A DNA stretch of 64,000 bases from Sumerlaeia bacterium (GCA_040219255.1 JAVJSW010000060.1:6249-70248), one strand, 5' to 3'; shown: positions 29,478 through 38,693, counted from the stretch's first letter. Program-made: numbers and translations. Notes: a model not told the origin generated them from the letters alone.

Positions 29478-31007
29478 ATGATGACTTCCCACCTGTCACT
29501 TTGTCGCGGCGGCCTTGGCCTGCTCGCAAGCCTTACTCTCATCACAGGAGTATTTGCGACCTTGGAGCCGGAAGAAGAGATCGTTCCCGACGCGCCCGCG
29601 CCGCTGCTCGACCGGCCCACGCCGCCGGGCGCGCCATCGCTACGCGAGTGGTCCGGCAAGAGCATCTACTTTCTGATGATCGACCGATTCGCCGATGGCG
29701 ATCCGACGAACAACGCGGCCCACGGATTCGGGCCTGAGCCCGACAACCCGCGAGGCTGGCGGGGGGGCGATCTGCGAGGCCTCATCGATAAGCTGGATTA
29801 CATCGAGGGCATGGGCTTCGACGCGATCTGGATCACGCCCATTTACCGCCAGAACAAGCCGCAAAGCTACCATGGCTACTGGGCCTGGGACTTCTACGAT
29901 GTCGATGGGCATTTTGGAACCATGCGGGACGTGGTGGAATTGCGCGAGGCGATGCACAAGCGCGGCATGGCGCTGATGATCGATGTGGTGGCGAACCACA
30001 CGGGCGATTTCCGCTACCTGCCCGGCGATTACGAGGAGGGCGCGGCGCCGCCCTTCGACAAGCGCGAGTGGTTCAATCTGAACGGACCGATCAAGGATTT
30101 CAACAATCAGGCGGATGTGGAGAGCGGCGAACTGTCCAGCCTGGACGACATCAACCAGAATCACCCGGAGGCCCGGGCCGAACTGCTCAATACGGTTCGC
30201 TGGCTGCGAGAGCAAACCGGGGCCGATGGCTTCCGCATCGATACAGTGAAGCATGTCCCCAAAGACTTCTGGGCCGAGTACAACGCGGCCGCCGGGGTTT
30301 TCTGTCTGGGCGAAGTGCTCCATGGCGACGCCCGGTATGTGGCGCCCTATCAGGACGTTCTCGATGGGCTGCTGGATTTCGCGGTGTACTACGCCTCCGA
30401 CCGGGTTTTTGGGCGGGATGCTCCGATGACGGATCTCGCGCACGAGTTGTCGAAGGACGAATTGTACCGCGAGCCGCGGCTTCTGGCGCCATTCCTGGAC
30501 AACCACGACGTGCCGCGCTTTTTGTCGAAGGTGCATGCGGAGAAGTCGGAACAGTTGAGACGATTGAAGTTGGGCCTTATGTTCACCTTCACCGTACGCG
30601 GTATGCCCGTATTGTACTATGGGACCGAGCAAGCGTTCTCTGGCGGGATGGACCCCTATAACCGGGAAATGATGGTCTTCGATCCCACTCATCCGGTTTA
30701 CGGGTTCGTGGCGCGGCTCAATGAAACCCGCCGCAAGGTGCCGGCGCTGCGCTGGGGGTCGACAAAGGTGCTGGTGGCGACGGAAACGACGATGGTGATC
30801 GAGCGCGTCACGGACCAGGGAGAGTCCGCCTATGTGGTTCTGAACAACGGCGACACGGAGGCGAGGGTGGCCTTTCCGGTCAAAGTGGCCAATGGACAGA
30901 CGCTCTACGACCACTTCGGCAACGCAACGCCGGCGCGGGTCGAGTACGGGTTCGTGCGGGTCGGCGTGGATCGGCGCTGCGGGGCCGTGTTCGCGCCGGG
31001 AAATTGA
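29478..31007 (+). CDS. Secreted alpha-amylase (GH13)
   Basis: 'IDRFADGDPTNN', 'GFRIDTVKHV', 'LGEVLH', 'FLDNHDVPRF'; signal peptide. Confidence 0.85.
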   Translation: MMTSHLSLCRGGLGLLASLTLITGVFATLEPEEEIVPDAPAPLLDRPTPPGAPSLREWSGKSIYFLMIDRFADGDPTNNAAHGFGPEPDNPRGWRGGDLRGLIDKLDYIEGMGFDAIWITPIYRQNKPQSYHGYWAWDFYDVDGHFGTMRDVVELREAMHKRGMALMIDVVANHTGDFRYLPGDYEEGAAPPFDKREWFNLNGPIKDFNNQADVESGELSSLDDINQNHPEARAELLNTVRWLREQTGADGFRIDTVKHVPKDFWAEYNAAAGVFCLGEVLHGDARYVAPYQDVLDGLLDFAVYYASDRVFGRDAPMTDLAHELSKDELYREPRLLAPFLDNHDVPRFLSKVHAEKSEQLRRLKLGLMFTFTVRGMPVLYYGTEQAFSGGMDPYNREMMVFDPTHPVYGFVARLNETRRKVPALRWGSTKVLVATETTMVIERVTDQGESAYVVLNNGDTEARVAFPVKVANGQTLYDHFGNATPARVEYGFVRVGVDRRCGAVFAPGN

Positions 31008-31079
31008 GTTGGCGCGGCCCGAGGGCTTCGCAATCTTCTTGATTCGAACCAGCTTTGGGGCTCATAGTCGTCCAACCGA

Positions 31080-31164
31080 GCGAGCGTGGCGGAATTGGCA
31101 GACGCACCAGGTTTGCGTCCTGGCGGGGAAACCCGTGGGAGTTCGAGTCTCCCCGCTCGCACCA
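31080..31164 (+). tRNA. Class II tRNA (Leu-type body, 13-nt variable arm, A73, encoded CCA) whose anticodon loop reads UUUGCGU, giving anticodon UGC (Ala) as read
   Basis: Manual fold: acceptor GCGAGCG/CGCTCGC; D-arm GGCGGAATTGGCAGACGC (near-identical to bacterial tRNA-Leu); anticodon stem CCAGG/CCTGG; T-arm GGGAG-TTCGAGT-CTCCC. Confidence 0.7.
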
Positions 31165-31179
31165 TGGCTTCTCGATGTC

Positions 31180-31836
31180 ATGTATTTTGAACTTCCCGGA
31201 CTCTACACGCCGTCCCTCGAGTCGCTCGTTTTCAAGGCGCTGGAGTCCTGGCATTTCGCGGCTCATTATCTCGGTCTGGGCCTGATCGTCTGGCTTTTTG
31301 TACAAGCCGTCCAGCGGGGCTATGACTGCTTGCGCTCGGACGAAGCGCTGGTCACTCCGGCCCACCCCTCGCGTTTTTTCTTTCACGGTTTTCGCCGCGG
31401 ACCGCTGTGGCAACTGGGGCTGCTCTGGCTGCTGATGGTTACTGTCGCCCTCACTCTCCACCAGACCGCCATTGAGCACCAGGACACGACCCGGACCAAG
31501 GACTTGCTGTGCGCGGCCTGGAACGTAGTCCACATGGGCTCGATGCTCCTGTGGGTTCTGGCGGCGGGCATGGTTCTGGTGCCGCGCGTGACGAACCGCT
31601 GGAAGTTGCTCCTGCCGCTGTGGACTGGCATTCCAATTCTGGATATTCTGACGGATCTGATCTTCTGGTATGTTCGGCACCGTGCGCTGGTATTCATCGC
31701 GCCGGACGATCGCGCGGACACGTGGGCCCTCGCCTACAATCCGGCGCTGTTGCTATGGATGGCGGCGGCCGCGGTGACGCTCTTGCTGGCCGTCGCGCGC
31801 CTGAAGCGCATCCCGCCCACGCAGTGGCCACGCTAG
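31180..31836 (+). CDS. Hypothetical polytopic membrane protein
   Basis: ATG at 31180 just after the tRNA; several hydrophobic segments; the upstream part of the 314 aa ORF overlaps the tRNA and is rejected. Confidence 0.4.
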   Translation: MYFELPGLYTPSLESLVFKALESWHFAAHYLGLGLIVWLFVQAVQRGYDCLRSDEALVTPAHPSRFFFHGFRRGPLWQLGLLWLLMVTVALTLHQTAIEHQDTTRTKDLLCAAWNVVHMGSMLLWVLAAGMVLVPRVTNRWKLLLPLWTGIPILDILTDLIFWYVRHRALVFIAPDDRADTWALAYNPALLLWMAAAAVTLLLAVARLKRIPPTQWPR

Positions 31837-33077
31837 CTCTGGTGGGATTTCCTTAGTCTCCGCCACCACCCCCGGTTCCTCCCGAACAGGTAGCTGTGGA
31901 ACAGGAAGATGCCGACGAACACGGCGGTCAGCAGGTCGACGCAGACCGTCAGCAGGATCACGATGACCTTGGTGCCGCTCTTGTGGCGGGGCATCTCGCG
32001 CAGGCGCAGCAGCGTCTTCCAGTCCATGATAGACAGTCCCACCTGGAGCAGCACCGCCGCGAGCACCGCGTTCGGGATGCGGCTGACGATGGGTCCGAAA
32101 CCGATGAGGATGACCAGCAGGATGAGGGCGTGGCTGGCCGCGGCGAGGCGTGTGCGGGCGCCGGAGGTGATGTTGACGACGGTGCAGCTTGTGGTGCCGG
32201 CGCAGGGGACGCCGCCGAAGAGTCCGGCCATCAGGTTGCCAAGGCCTTGGCCCGCGAGGACGCGATTGGGCTGCTGATGGCTGTCGGTCATTTCGTCGGC
32301 GATCAGGGAAGTGATGAGACTGTCGAGGGCTCCCATGAGGCCCAGGATGCTGGCGGAGAGGAGAACCTCGGCGAGGCGGAGGCCGGTCATGGCCTCGGGC
32401 CAGGGAAAGTGCGGCGTGGGAAGGCCGCGGGGGATGGCGCCCACGGTTTCGACGTGGAGACCGAAGCCGATCGCCACGCCGGTTCCCACGATCACGCCGA
32501 GGAGCGGGCCCGGGATCCAATCGGTGACGCGCTTGGGGAAGAAGTAGATGGCGGCGAGGGTCACGAGTCCGAGGACGATGGCGGGAGTGAAGGGATCGGC
32601 GAGCCAGGAGGGCAGGGTGAGAAGGGCGAGGAGGGGCCTGCCCGGTGAGGCGTGGCCCAGGAGCGGGCCGATCTGAAGAAGGACGATGATAAGGCCGATG
32701 CCGGACATGAAGCCGGAGACGACTTCGTGAGGGACGAAGCGAAGGAGGTTTCCGGCCCGGCCGGCGGCCAGAAGCATTTGAATCAAACCGGCCAGCACGA
32801 CGATCAGGAAGCCGATGCCGGGTTTATCCGAGTAGGGGGTGAGGACGGCGAGGAGGACGACGGTCATGGGGCCTGTGGGGCCGGTGACGAGGGTCGGGCA
32901 GCCTCCGACGATGGCGGAGAAGAATCCGGCGGCGATGGCGCCGTAGAGGCCGGCCTCGGGGCCGAGGCCGGAGGCGACGCCAAAGGCGATGGCGAGCGGC
33001 AGGGCCACGACGGCGGTGGTCAGGCCGGCGGTGAGATCGGCTCTGAGCGTTTTCCAGGAGTACGAAAAGGCCAACAT
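31833..33077 (-). CDS. SulP-family anion permease (sulfate/bicarbonate transporter core, no STAS domain)
   Basis: 'LTAGLTTAVVALPLAIAFGVASGL' SulP signature region; ATG at 33077. Confidence 0.75.
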   Translation of the reverse strand: MLAFSYSWKTLRADLTAGLTTAVVALPLAIAFGVASGLGPEAGLYGAIAAGFFSAIVGGCPTLVTGPTGPMTVVLLAVLTPYSDKPGIGFLIVVLAGLIQMLLAAGRAGNLLRFVPHEVVSGFMSGIGLIIVLLQIGPLLGHASPGRPLLALLTLPSWLADPFTPAIVLGLVTLAAIYFFPKRVTDWIPGPLLGVIVGTGVAIGFGLHVETVGAIPRGLPTPHFPWPEAMTGLRLAEVLLSASILGLMGALDSLITSLIADEMTDSHQQPNRVLAGQGLGNLMAGLFGGVPCAGTTSCTVVNITSGARTRLAAASHALILLVILIGFGPIVSRIPNAVLAAVLLQVGLSIMDWKTLLRLREMPRHKSGTKVIVILLTVCVDLLTAVFVGIFLFHSYLFGRNRGWWRRLRKSHQS

Positions 33078-33127
33078 GTGTCCTTTGGAAAGACGGGGTT
33101 GGCTGGCGATTTCCCGGCGGCGCGTGA

Positions 33128-35080
33128 TTACCCGTTCGACAAAGCGGCGATGCCTTGTCGTTTGTAGCGGCAGAGAGCCTGCACGAGAGAGGCGCTTGTG
33201 GGCTGAGAAGCCACCACCTGCGCTTCCACGCCGAGCGTTCCCAATGCCTGGGCGACACCGTCGCTGATCGCGGCCAGCACGACGCCCGATAGCAAGTCAC
33301 GTGCGTCTTCTTCCTCTAAGACACGGGCGAAGGCGTCGACGGCGGAGATGGAGAAGAAGGTGACGGCGTCGACCTCCTCGTCGCGCAGGGCGTGGGCGAG
33401 GCGCAGGGCCTGGGAAGCGTCGGGAACGCTCTCGTAGAGGGGAAGAATGAGGACGCTGGCGCCACGGTTTTCGAGTTCCTCGGCGAGGTCGCCGTGCTCG
33501 CCGACACTTTCCACGATGGTGACGCGGGAGACGGACAGATCGGGGCCGAAGATGTCGCGCATGGCTTTGGGGGTGAAGGGCGGGTGGATCGCATGGGCCA
33601 CCACGTTGCGTTCGCGCAACGCGTCGAGGGTCGCTCCACCGGCGGCGAGGATGCGGGCGCGGGAGGAAAGAACGCGCAGGTCGAGGCCGACGCTCCAGAG
33701 GGCGTCGAAGAAACTCTGTACCCCACGGGGACTGTTGAAGACCAAGTGTGTCGATTGGGCCAGGTCGTCCTGGAGGGCTTCGAGTTCGGAGGAGAGGCCC
33801 GCCACGGGGCTGTGGGTGGTCAGGGGGAAGGCGCGGGCTTCAGCGCCGCCTTCGCGCAATTGGAGCAGGGTTTCCTCGGCTCGGTGGCGCGAACGGGTCA
33901 CGGCCACGCGCCATCCGAAGAGGGGTTGGCGCTCGAAAAAGTTGAGTTCTTCGCGCAGGTTGACGACTTCGCCGACGACGAGGAGGGCGGGGGCTTCGAC
34001 GCCTTCGCCGCGGATGCGTTCGGGAAAGTCGGCGACGGTGGCGACACAGACGCGCTGGCGGCTGGTGGTGCCCCATTGGATGCAGGCGACGGGCTGGCCC
34101 TGGGGCCGGCCGCCGGAGAGCAGGCCATCGCGGATGTCGTCGAGAGTCGCCATGGGCATGAGAATGACGAGTGTATCGGCGGCGGCGCAGACCGCTTCCC
34201 AGTCGACCTCCGAGGTGAAAAGGGCGCCTTGGGGGGCGTCGACGCGGGCGGCGCCGAAGGGGGCGCTGGTGCCGGTGTCTTCGTTGGTGGTTAGAATGGG
34301 GGTGGGGGGTCGCTCGGTGGCTTCCTCCACTTCCACGTTTTCGTTGGAGAGAAGGCGCATGATGGCGCTTTCGCCCGATTCGTGGTCACGGGCGTGGCGG
34401 CGGCGGATTTTGATACCGGGTTTGCGGCGCTTCATCATCTCGGCGGTCCGGGCGCCCGACGCCATGGCCTCCATGATGGCGGCGTGGGAGATCTTGGAGG
34501 TCGCCCGCGAGCCGTCTTCCTCGTGCATGCGGGGCGAGGAATCGGGCGCGCCCGGGCGTTGCGGCGTCAAAGCGCCGGAGGGGGGGAAGTCTTCGCCGTG
34601 TGGCGCCTGCTGGTGGCGAGGCAATTTGTGAACGGGTTCGACGCGGCCGTGGAGGACGAGGACGCTGCCGGCGAGGCCCCGCTGAAGGACGGGGATTCCG
34701 GCGTAGGCGGGGACGGCGAGGACGCTGCTGATTCCTGGGACGACCTCGACGGGGATGCCGGCTTCGCGGCAGGCGAGGGCTTCTTCGCCGCCCCGGCCGT
34801 AGAGGTAAGGATCGCCGCCTTTGAGGCGGACGGTGCGTTTGCCGCCGCGGGCGTGCTGGATCAGAGCCTCGTTGATTTCCGTCTGGCTCATGGAGGGTTT
34901 TCCGCCGCGCTTGCCAACGTAGATGCGCTCCGCGTCAGGGGGCGCGAGATCGAGCAAGTCCTGGCCGATCAAGGCGTCGTAGAGAACGACGTCGGCACCG
35001 ACGAGGATGTCGCAGGCTCGGCGTGTGAGAAGACCCGGATCGCCGGGACCTCCTCCCACAAGAAAGACTTTTCCCGCCAT
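33128..35080 (-). CDS. cobA: Uroporphyrinogen-III C-methyltransferase / uroporphyrinogen-III synthase fusion (CobA-HemD) with an unusual low-complexity insertion of about 140 aa in the methyltransferase domain
   Basis: 'VFLVGGGPGDPGLLT' and 'GGDPYLYGRGGEE' match CobA; 'QWGTTSRQRV' also matches; C-terminal HemD-like; insertion maps to about 34211-34645; ATG at 35080. Confidence 0.8.
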   Translation of the reverse strand: MAGKVFLVGGGPGDPGLLTRRACDILVGADVVLYDALIGQDLLDLAPPDAERIYVGKRGGKPSMSQTEINEALIQHARGGKRTVRLKGGDPYLYGRGGEEALACREAGIPVEVVPGISSVLAVPAYAGIPVLQRGLAGSVLVLHGRVEPVHKLPRHQQAPHGEDFPPSGALTPQRPGAPDSSPRMHEEDGSRATSKISHAAIMEAMASGARTAEMMKRRKPGIKIRRRHARDHESGESAIMRLLSNENVEVEEATERPPTPILTTNEDTGTSAPFGAARVDAPQGALFTSEVDWEAVCAAADTLVILMPMATLDDIRDGLLSGGRPQGQPVACIQWGTTSRQRVCVATVADFPERIRGEGVEAPALLVVGEVVNLREELNFFERQPLFGWRVAVTRSRHRAEETLLQLREGGAEARAFPLTTHSPVAGLSSELEALQDDLAQSTHLVFNSPRGVQSFFDALWSVGLDLRVLSSRARILAAGGATLDALRERNVVAHAIHPPFTPKAMRDIFGPDLSVSRVTIVESVGEHGDLAEELENRGASVLILPLYESVPDASQALRLAHALRDEEVDAVTFFSISAVDAFARVLEEEDARDLLSGVVLAAISDGVAQALGTLGVEAQVVASQPTSASLVQALCRYKRQGIAALSNG

Positions 35081-35302
35081 GCTCCACAAACCTCGGCGTA
35101 GGGATCTCGCTCGTCCCGATGGATGACGAGGTTTGACATAGAAGAAGACGCGCATGTGCGCAAGAGGCATCCCGGGGCTTTGCGAGCCTTTCGGAAGCGG
35201 TGCGGCGCGCGCGGCGCATGGACCGCCGAAAAAGCTCGCGCGGGTCTGGCCTTTGCTGTAGGAAGACAGGCAGATGATTCTTCGAAAAGGACCCGACCCA
35301 AC

Positions 35303-35545
35303 ATGACCAGTGAGACCCCGCCCCAAGGCTATACCCTGATCCATGTGGCCGAGATGCCGGAGATGGCCCACCTGTTCCGCGATGTTCTGTCGTCCCAGGG
35401 CTTCGACGTGTACGAGACGGACAATGACAGCAACGGACTCTTCCGGACGGAATGGGGATCGCGGATTTACGTGCGCGACGCCCAGGCCACCAAAGCCACC
35501 GCGGCTCTGGACGAGTACCGTAACGAGAATCAGCCGAGCGCCTGA
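35303..35545 (+). CDS. Small DUF2007-like protein (80 aa), hypothetical
   Basis: ATG at 35303; about 80 aa, in the size range of DUF2007 proteins. Confidence 0.4.
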   Translation: MTSETPPQGYTLIHVAEMPEMAHLFRDVLSSQGFDVYETDNDSNGLFRTEWGSRIYVRDAQATKATAALDEYRNENQPSA

Positions 35546-35580
35546 GACGAAGAAAACCCCGCTCTGGAGAGAGCGGGGCG
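35546..35580 (-). terminator. Rho-independent terminator downstream of rplY
   Basis: Hairpin ccccgctctggagagagcgggg followed on the minus strand by gttttcttcg. Confidence 0.5.
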
Positions 35581-35617
35581 AAAAGAGGCTTAAGCGATTT
35601 GGAGGAGGGCTTGGGGT

Positions 35618-36262
35618 TTAGGCTTCGCCCTCGGTGCCCAGGCCCGCCTGGCCCGTCTCGGGAGAGGCGGCTGTGGCGGTGTCTTTGTCCTTGGGAACGA
35701 CAGAGATCACGGTGGCACTGGCTTCGTTGATGTAGGTAACGCCCTCGAAGCGAGGCAAGTCGCTGACGTGGATCGCCTGATTGAGCTGGATGTCGGTCAT
35801 GTCGATTTCGATGTGACCGGGAATGTCGCGGGGGAAGCCGGAGACTTCGACTTCGTGGAGGACCTGCTCGATGAGGCCGCCGGCCTTGACGCCAGCGCAC
35901 TTCTGGCGGTTCTCGATGTGGATCGGAACGGACAGGTAGATGGTCTCGCCGCGGGTGATGCGGAGCAAATCGACGTGAAGGATCTTGTTCTTCACGGGTT
36001 CGCGTTGAACGTCCTTGATGTAGGCCTCGGCGGATTCGCCGCCTTCGACTTTGACGTCGATGACGGAGGTGTCGCCATGGAGCGCCTGGAGGAGGACGAC
36101 CATCTCATGCTCACTGAGGGTGAGGGAGACGGGCTCGGCGTGCCCGCCATACATGATGGCGGGGACTTCCCCGGCGGCGCGGAGTTTCTTTGCTTTTTCT
36201 TTGCCCGTATTCTGGCGAAGCGTGGCGTTGAGAGTGAAACTTTGGGTGGCGGTTGCGGCCAT
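35618..36262 (-). CDS. rplY: 50S ribosomal protein L25 / general stress protein Ctc (long form)
   Basis: 'LRQNTGKEKAKKLRAAGEVPAIMYGG' L25 N-terminus; ATG at 36262. Confidence 0.85.
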   Translation of the reverse strand: MAATATQSFTLNATLRQNTGKEKAKKLRAAGEVPAIMYGGHAEPVSLTLSEHEMVVLLQALHGDTSVIDVKVEGGESAEAYIKDVQREPVKNKILHVDLLRITRGETIYLSVPIHIENRQKCAGVKAGGLIEQVLHEVEVSGFPRDIPGHIEIDMTDIQLNQAIHVSDLPRFEGVTYINEASATVISVVPKDKDTATAASPETGQAGLGTEGEA

Positions 36263-36356
36263 ATCCTCTTGTCCTTTCCCCTGCACGGAGCCGGTTCGGT
36301 TCCGTTTGACACATGCTGGATTCAGTCAGCGGCCGTGGGCCGTTCGCGGAAATCGC

Positions 36357-37322
36357 TTAGCCGATTTCGTCGCGGAACAGGGCGCTGACAGAAGTGTGCC
36401 GATGGATGCGGTCGATCGCCGACGCGAGGAGCGGAGCGATGTTGAGCAGTCTCACCTTCCCGGACAGGGCGCTCTTGTCTTGAGCGATGGAGTTTGTGAC
36501 AATCACTTCCTTGAACGGGGCTTCCGCCAGACGCTCAAGAGCGGGGCCGGAGAACACGCCGTGGGTCGCGATGGCGTACACGTCGCGGGCACCGGCGTCC
36601 CGCAAAGCCCGGGCTGCATTACAGATTGTGCCCGCCGTGTCAATCATATCGTCGAAGATTACCACGTCGTTGTTTTCCACGTACACCTTGCCGATGATCG
36701 CCATGACCTCGCTCTCGTTGGGGCGGGGCCTGCGTTTGTCGATAATCGCCAGCGGCGTTTTGATCATGTCGGCGAAGTTGCGGCTGCTCTTCACGTTGCC
36801 CACGTCGGGGCTGACGACGCAGGCGTTCTTGAGACCGAGTTCGCGGATGCACTTGACCAGAATCGGGTCCGCTTCCAGGTGATCGAGGGGCAAATCGAAG
36901 AAGCCCTGAATCTGGGCCGAATGCAGGTTTAGCGCCAGCACGCGGTCGGCGCCGGCGGTGGCGATCATGTTGGCGACGAGCTTGGCGGAGAGGGCGACAC
37001 GGCCCTGGCTCTTGCGATCCTGACGCGCGTAGCCGTAGTACGGGATGACCGCCGTGATGCGGTCGGCGCTCGCGCGGCGGGCGGCGTCGATGGTCAGCAG
37101 CAACTCCATCAGGTTTTCGTTCACCGGGTTCGAAGTGCTCTGGACGATGAACACGTCGCGGCCGCGCAGGTTGTTGCCGATCTTGACGAATGTTTCGGCA
37201 TCGCTGAAGCGTTCCACCATCAGATCGCCCATGGGAACCGCCAGTTCGTGGCAGATATCCATCGTCAGCGACCGGGAGGCGGAACCCGGCAGGATTACGG
37301 GGGGATCGTTGTAGGTGCTCAT
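36357..37322 (-). CDS. prs: Ribose-phosphate pyrophosphokinase
   Basis: 'VIPYYGYARQDRK' and the 'DDMIDTAGT' PRPP-binding loop; ATG at 37322. Confidence 0.9.
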   Translation of the reverse strand: MSTYNDPPVILPGSASRSLTMDICHELAVPMGDLMVERFSDAETFVKIGNNLRGRDVFIVQSTSNPVNENLMELLLTIDAARRASADRITAVIPYYGYARQDRKSQGRVALSAKLVANMIATAGADRVLALNLHSAQIQGFFDLPLDHLEADPILVKCIRELGLKNACVVSPDVGNVKSSRNFADMIKTPLAIIDKRRPRPNESEVMAIIGKVYVENNDVVIFDDMIDTAGTICNAARALRDAGARDVYAIATHGVFSGPALERLAEAPFKEVIVTNSIAQDKSALSGKVRLLNIAPLLASAIDRIHRHTSVSALFRDEIG

Positions 37323-37423
37323 AATAACCGCTGGCGCCCATCGCCTGAAGTCGAAGTCCGGGAGGGACGCCACCACGACCGCGCGCCGGTGCGCAATGGG
37401 GCTTTTTGAGTTTTTCGTTACTT

Positions 37424-37737
37424 GGATGAACCACAGAGATGACACAGAGGAGCGAGGTTGCACAGAGGTCGGGTGCAGTCAGGATCGGAGCATTCCAGAA
37501 AACGGACACACAGCTCAAAGAATCGCGAAGGCTGAGGGTGGATAGAATCAGTGGTTCGCGGGTAAGGAACGGGATTTGACTTGTTATCCAAAAACCAAAG
37601 AAAACTCCTGGTTTGTTCCTTGTAATCTGCGTGAGCTTTCTGATTTCCGAGTTTTTTCTCTGAAAAAGCAGCCCGTAGGCTCCGAAGGTTTTCTGATTTT
37701 CTGCGAAAACTCTATCCTCTGCGTCCTCTGTGGTTAT
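37424..37737. repeat. Intergenic element of about 310 bp with imperfect terminal inverted repeats (CACAGAGG-repeat arm), copy 3, upstream of prs
   Basis: Left arm 37424-37475 (ccacagagatgacacagaggagcgaggttgcacagagg) and inverted right arm 37700-37737; AT-rich interior; related copies at 60884-61197 and 63594-63903. Confidence 0.45.
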
Positions 37738-38693
37738 GCCGGGCGCCGGCCCAGGAAGTCGAACTGGTGTGCGATATAGACCAGTTCGCCGCGGTCGAGC
37801 TGGGCGTGGCGCTCGGCCATCCAGCGCGCGAGCCGGTCGGGCGGAAAGACGTCCGAGCGCTTTGCCAGTTCGCTTTCGAGATAATGCAGGATGCAGCGGA
37901 TGAAGTAGGCTTCCTCCGCCGGATAGGCGCCACCGGCGCCGGCATAGACAATCCAGTCGCTGCTCTCCGCCGCCAGGATTTCCGCCCCGGCGCGGCGGGC
38001 CTGGGCGAAGAAATGGCGCCCGGCGCGGCTGTCGCCTGACAGACGTCCCGCGATCCGGCGCTGGTCCATGGATTCGTGATAGAGGCGGATCGCGAGGGTG
38101 TCGTCCTCGGGGTCGCTGGTGGCGGGCTCGAGGGCCGTCTCGCCATCGAAGGTGATGGGGAAGTAGAAAAACCAGCCGGGCTCGAGCAGCTCGAGCCACC
38201 GGGGCAGCACCGCGTCCACATCGAAGAGGTCGAGCACGGCTTGCCCCATCAGGCCATGCACTCGGGGCGCGTTCGCGGGCCGGGCGGCGATCCAGTCGAG
38301 GATATCGACCTGGTGGAACTCGACTTCGACGCGCTTCATCTCGTGGCGATTTTCGAAGAGAACGAGCGTTTCGTCAAAGGGGCAGACACTCCAGCCCTCG
38401 CCGCGAGCCCAGGCCATGAGGCCTTCGCGCCCGGCGGCCAGGGCTTCGCCATCGATTTCCACCACCGTATAGTGGGCGTTGATTCCGGGCAGGGCCATCA
38501 CGCGGCGCAGCAGCGCCCCCGTGCCGCCGCCGATTTCGAGCAGGCGCCGCAAGCGGCCTCCGCCCTGGGGCCCGAAGATTTCGCCAACGAACCGGCCCCA
38601 GACGGCACGGCTGAGCGCGCGGTTGTCCACCGTCCGTTTGGATTCGAGGTAGCGGGGAAAAGAGAATTCGAAGGACGCGGCGGCGGCGGACAT
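37734..38693 (-). CDS. Class I SAM-dependent methyltransferase
   Basis: 'LLEIGGGTGALL' motif I; ATG at 38693. Confidence 0.65.
   Translation of the reverse strand: MSAAAASFEFSFPRYLESKRTVDNRALSRAVWGRFVGEIFGPQGGGRLRRLLEIGGGTGALLRRVMALPGINAHYTVVEIDGEALAAGREGLMAWARGEGWSVCPFDETLVLFENRHEMKRVEVEFHQVDILDWIAARPANAPRVHGLMGQAVLDLFDVDAVLPRWLELLEPGWFFYFPITFDGETALEPATSDPEDDTLAIRLYHESMDQRRIAGRLSGDSRAGRHFFAQARRAGAEILAAESSDWIVYAGAGGAYPAEEAYFIRCILHYLESELAKRSDVFPPDRLARWMAERHAQLDRGELVYIAHQFDFLGRRPA

Noticed and set aside
30892-31179. 5' part of the 314-aa ORF overlapping the tRNA gene
   Set aside because: It overlaps a well-folded tRNA; the CDS is truncated to the ATG at 31180.
31165-31900. Genomic island or integrase next to the tRNA gene
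   Set aside because: No integrase, excisionase or direct repeat of the tRNA 3' end is seen; the neighbouring genes have host-like GC.
34211-34645. Frameshift or assembly error explaining the cobA insertion
   Set aside because: The reading frame is identical on both sides and continuous, so a simple indel cannot explain it. It is reported as a finding instead, with a read-support check suggested.
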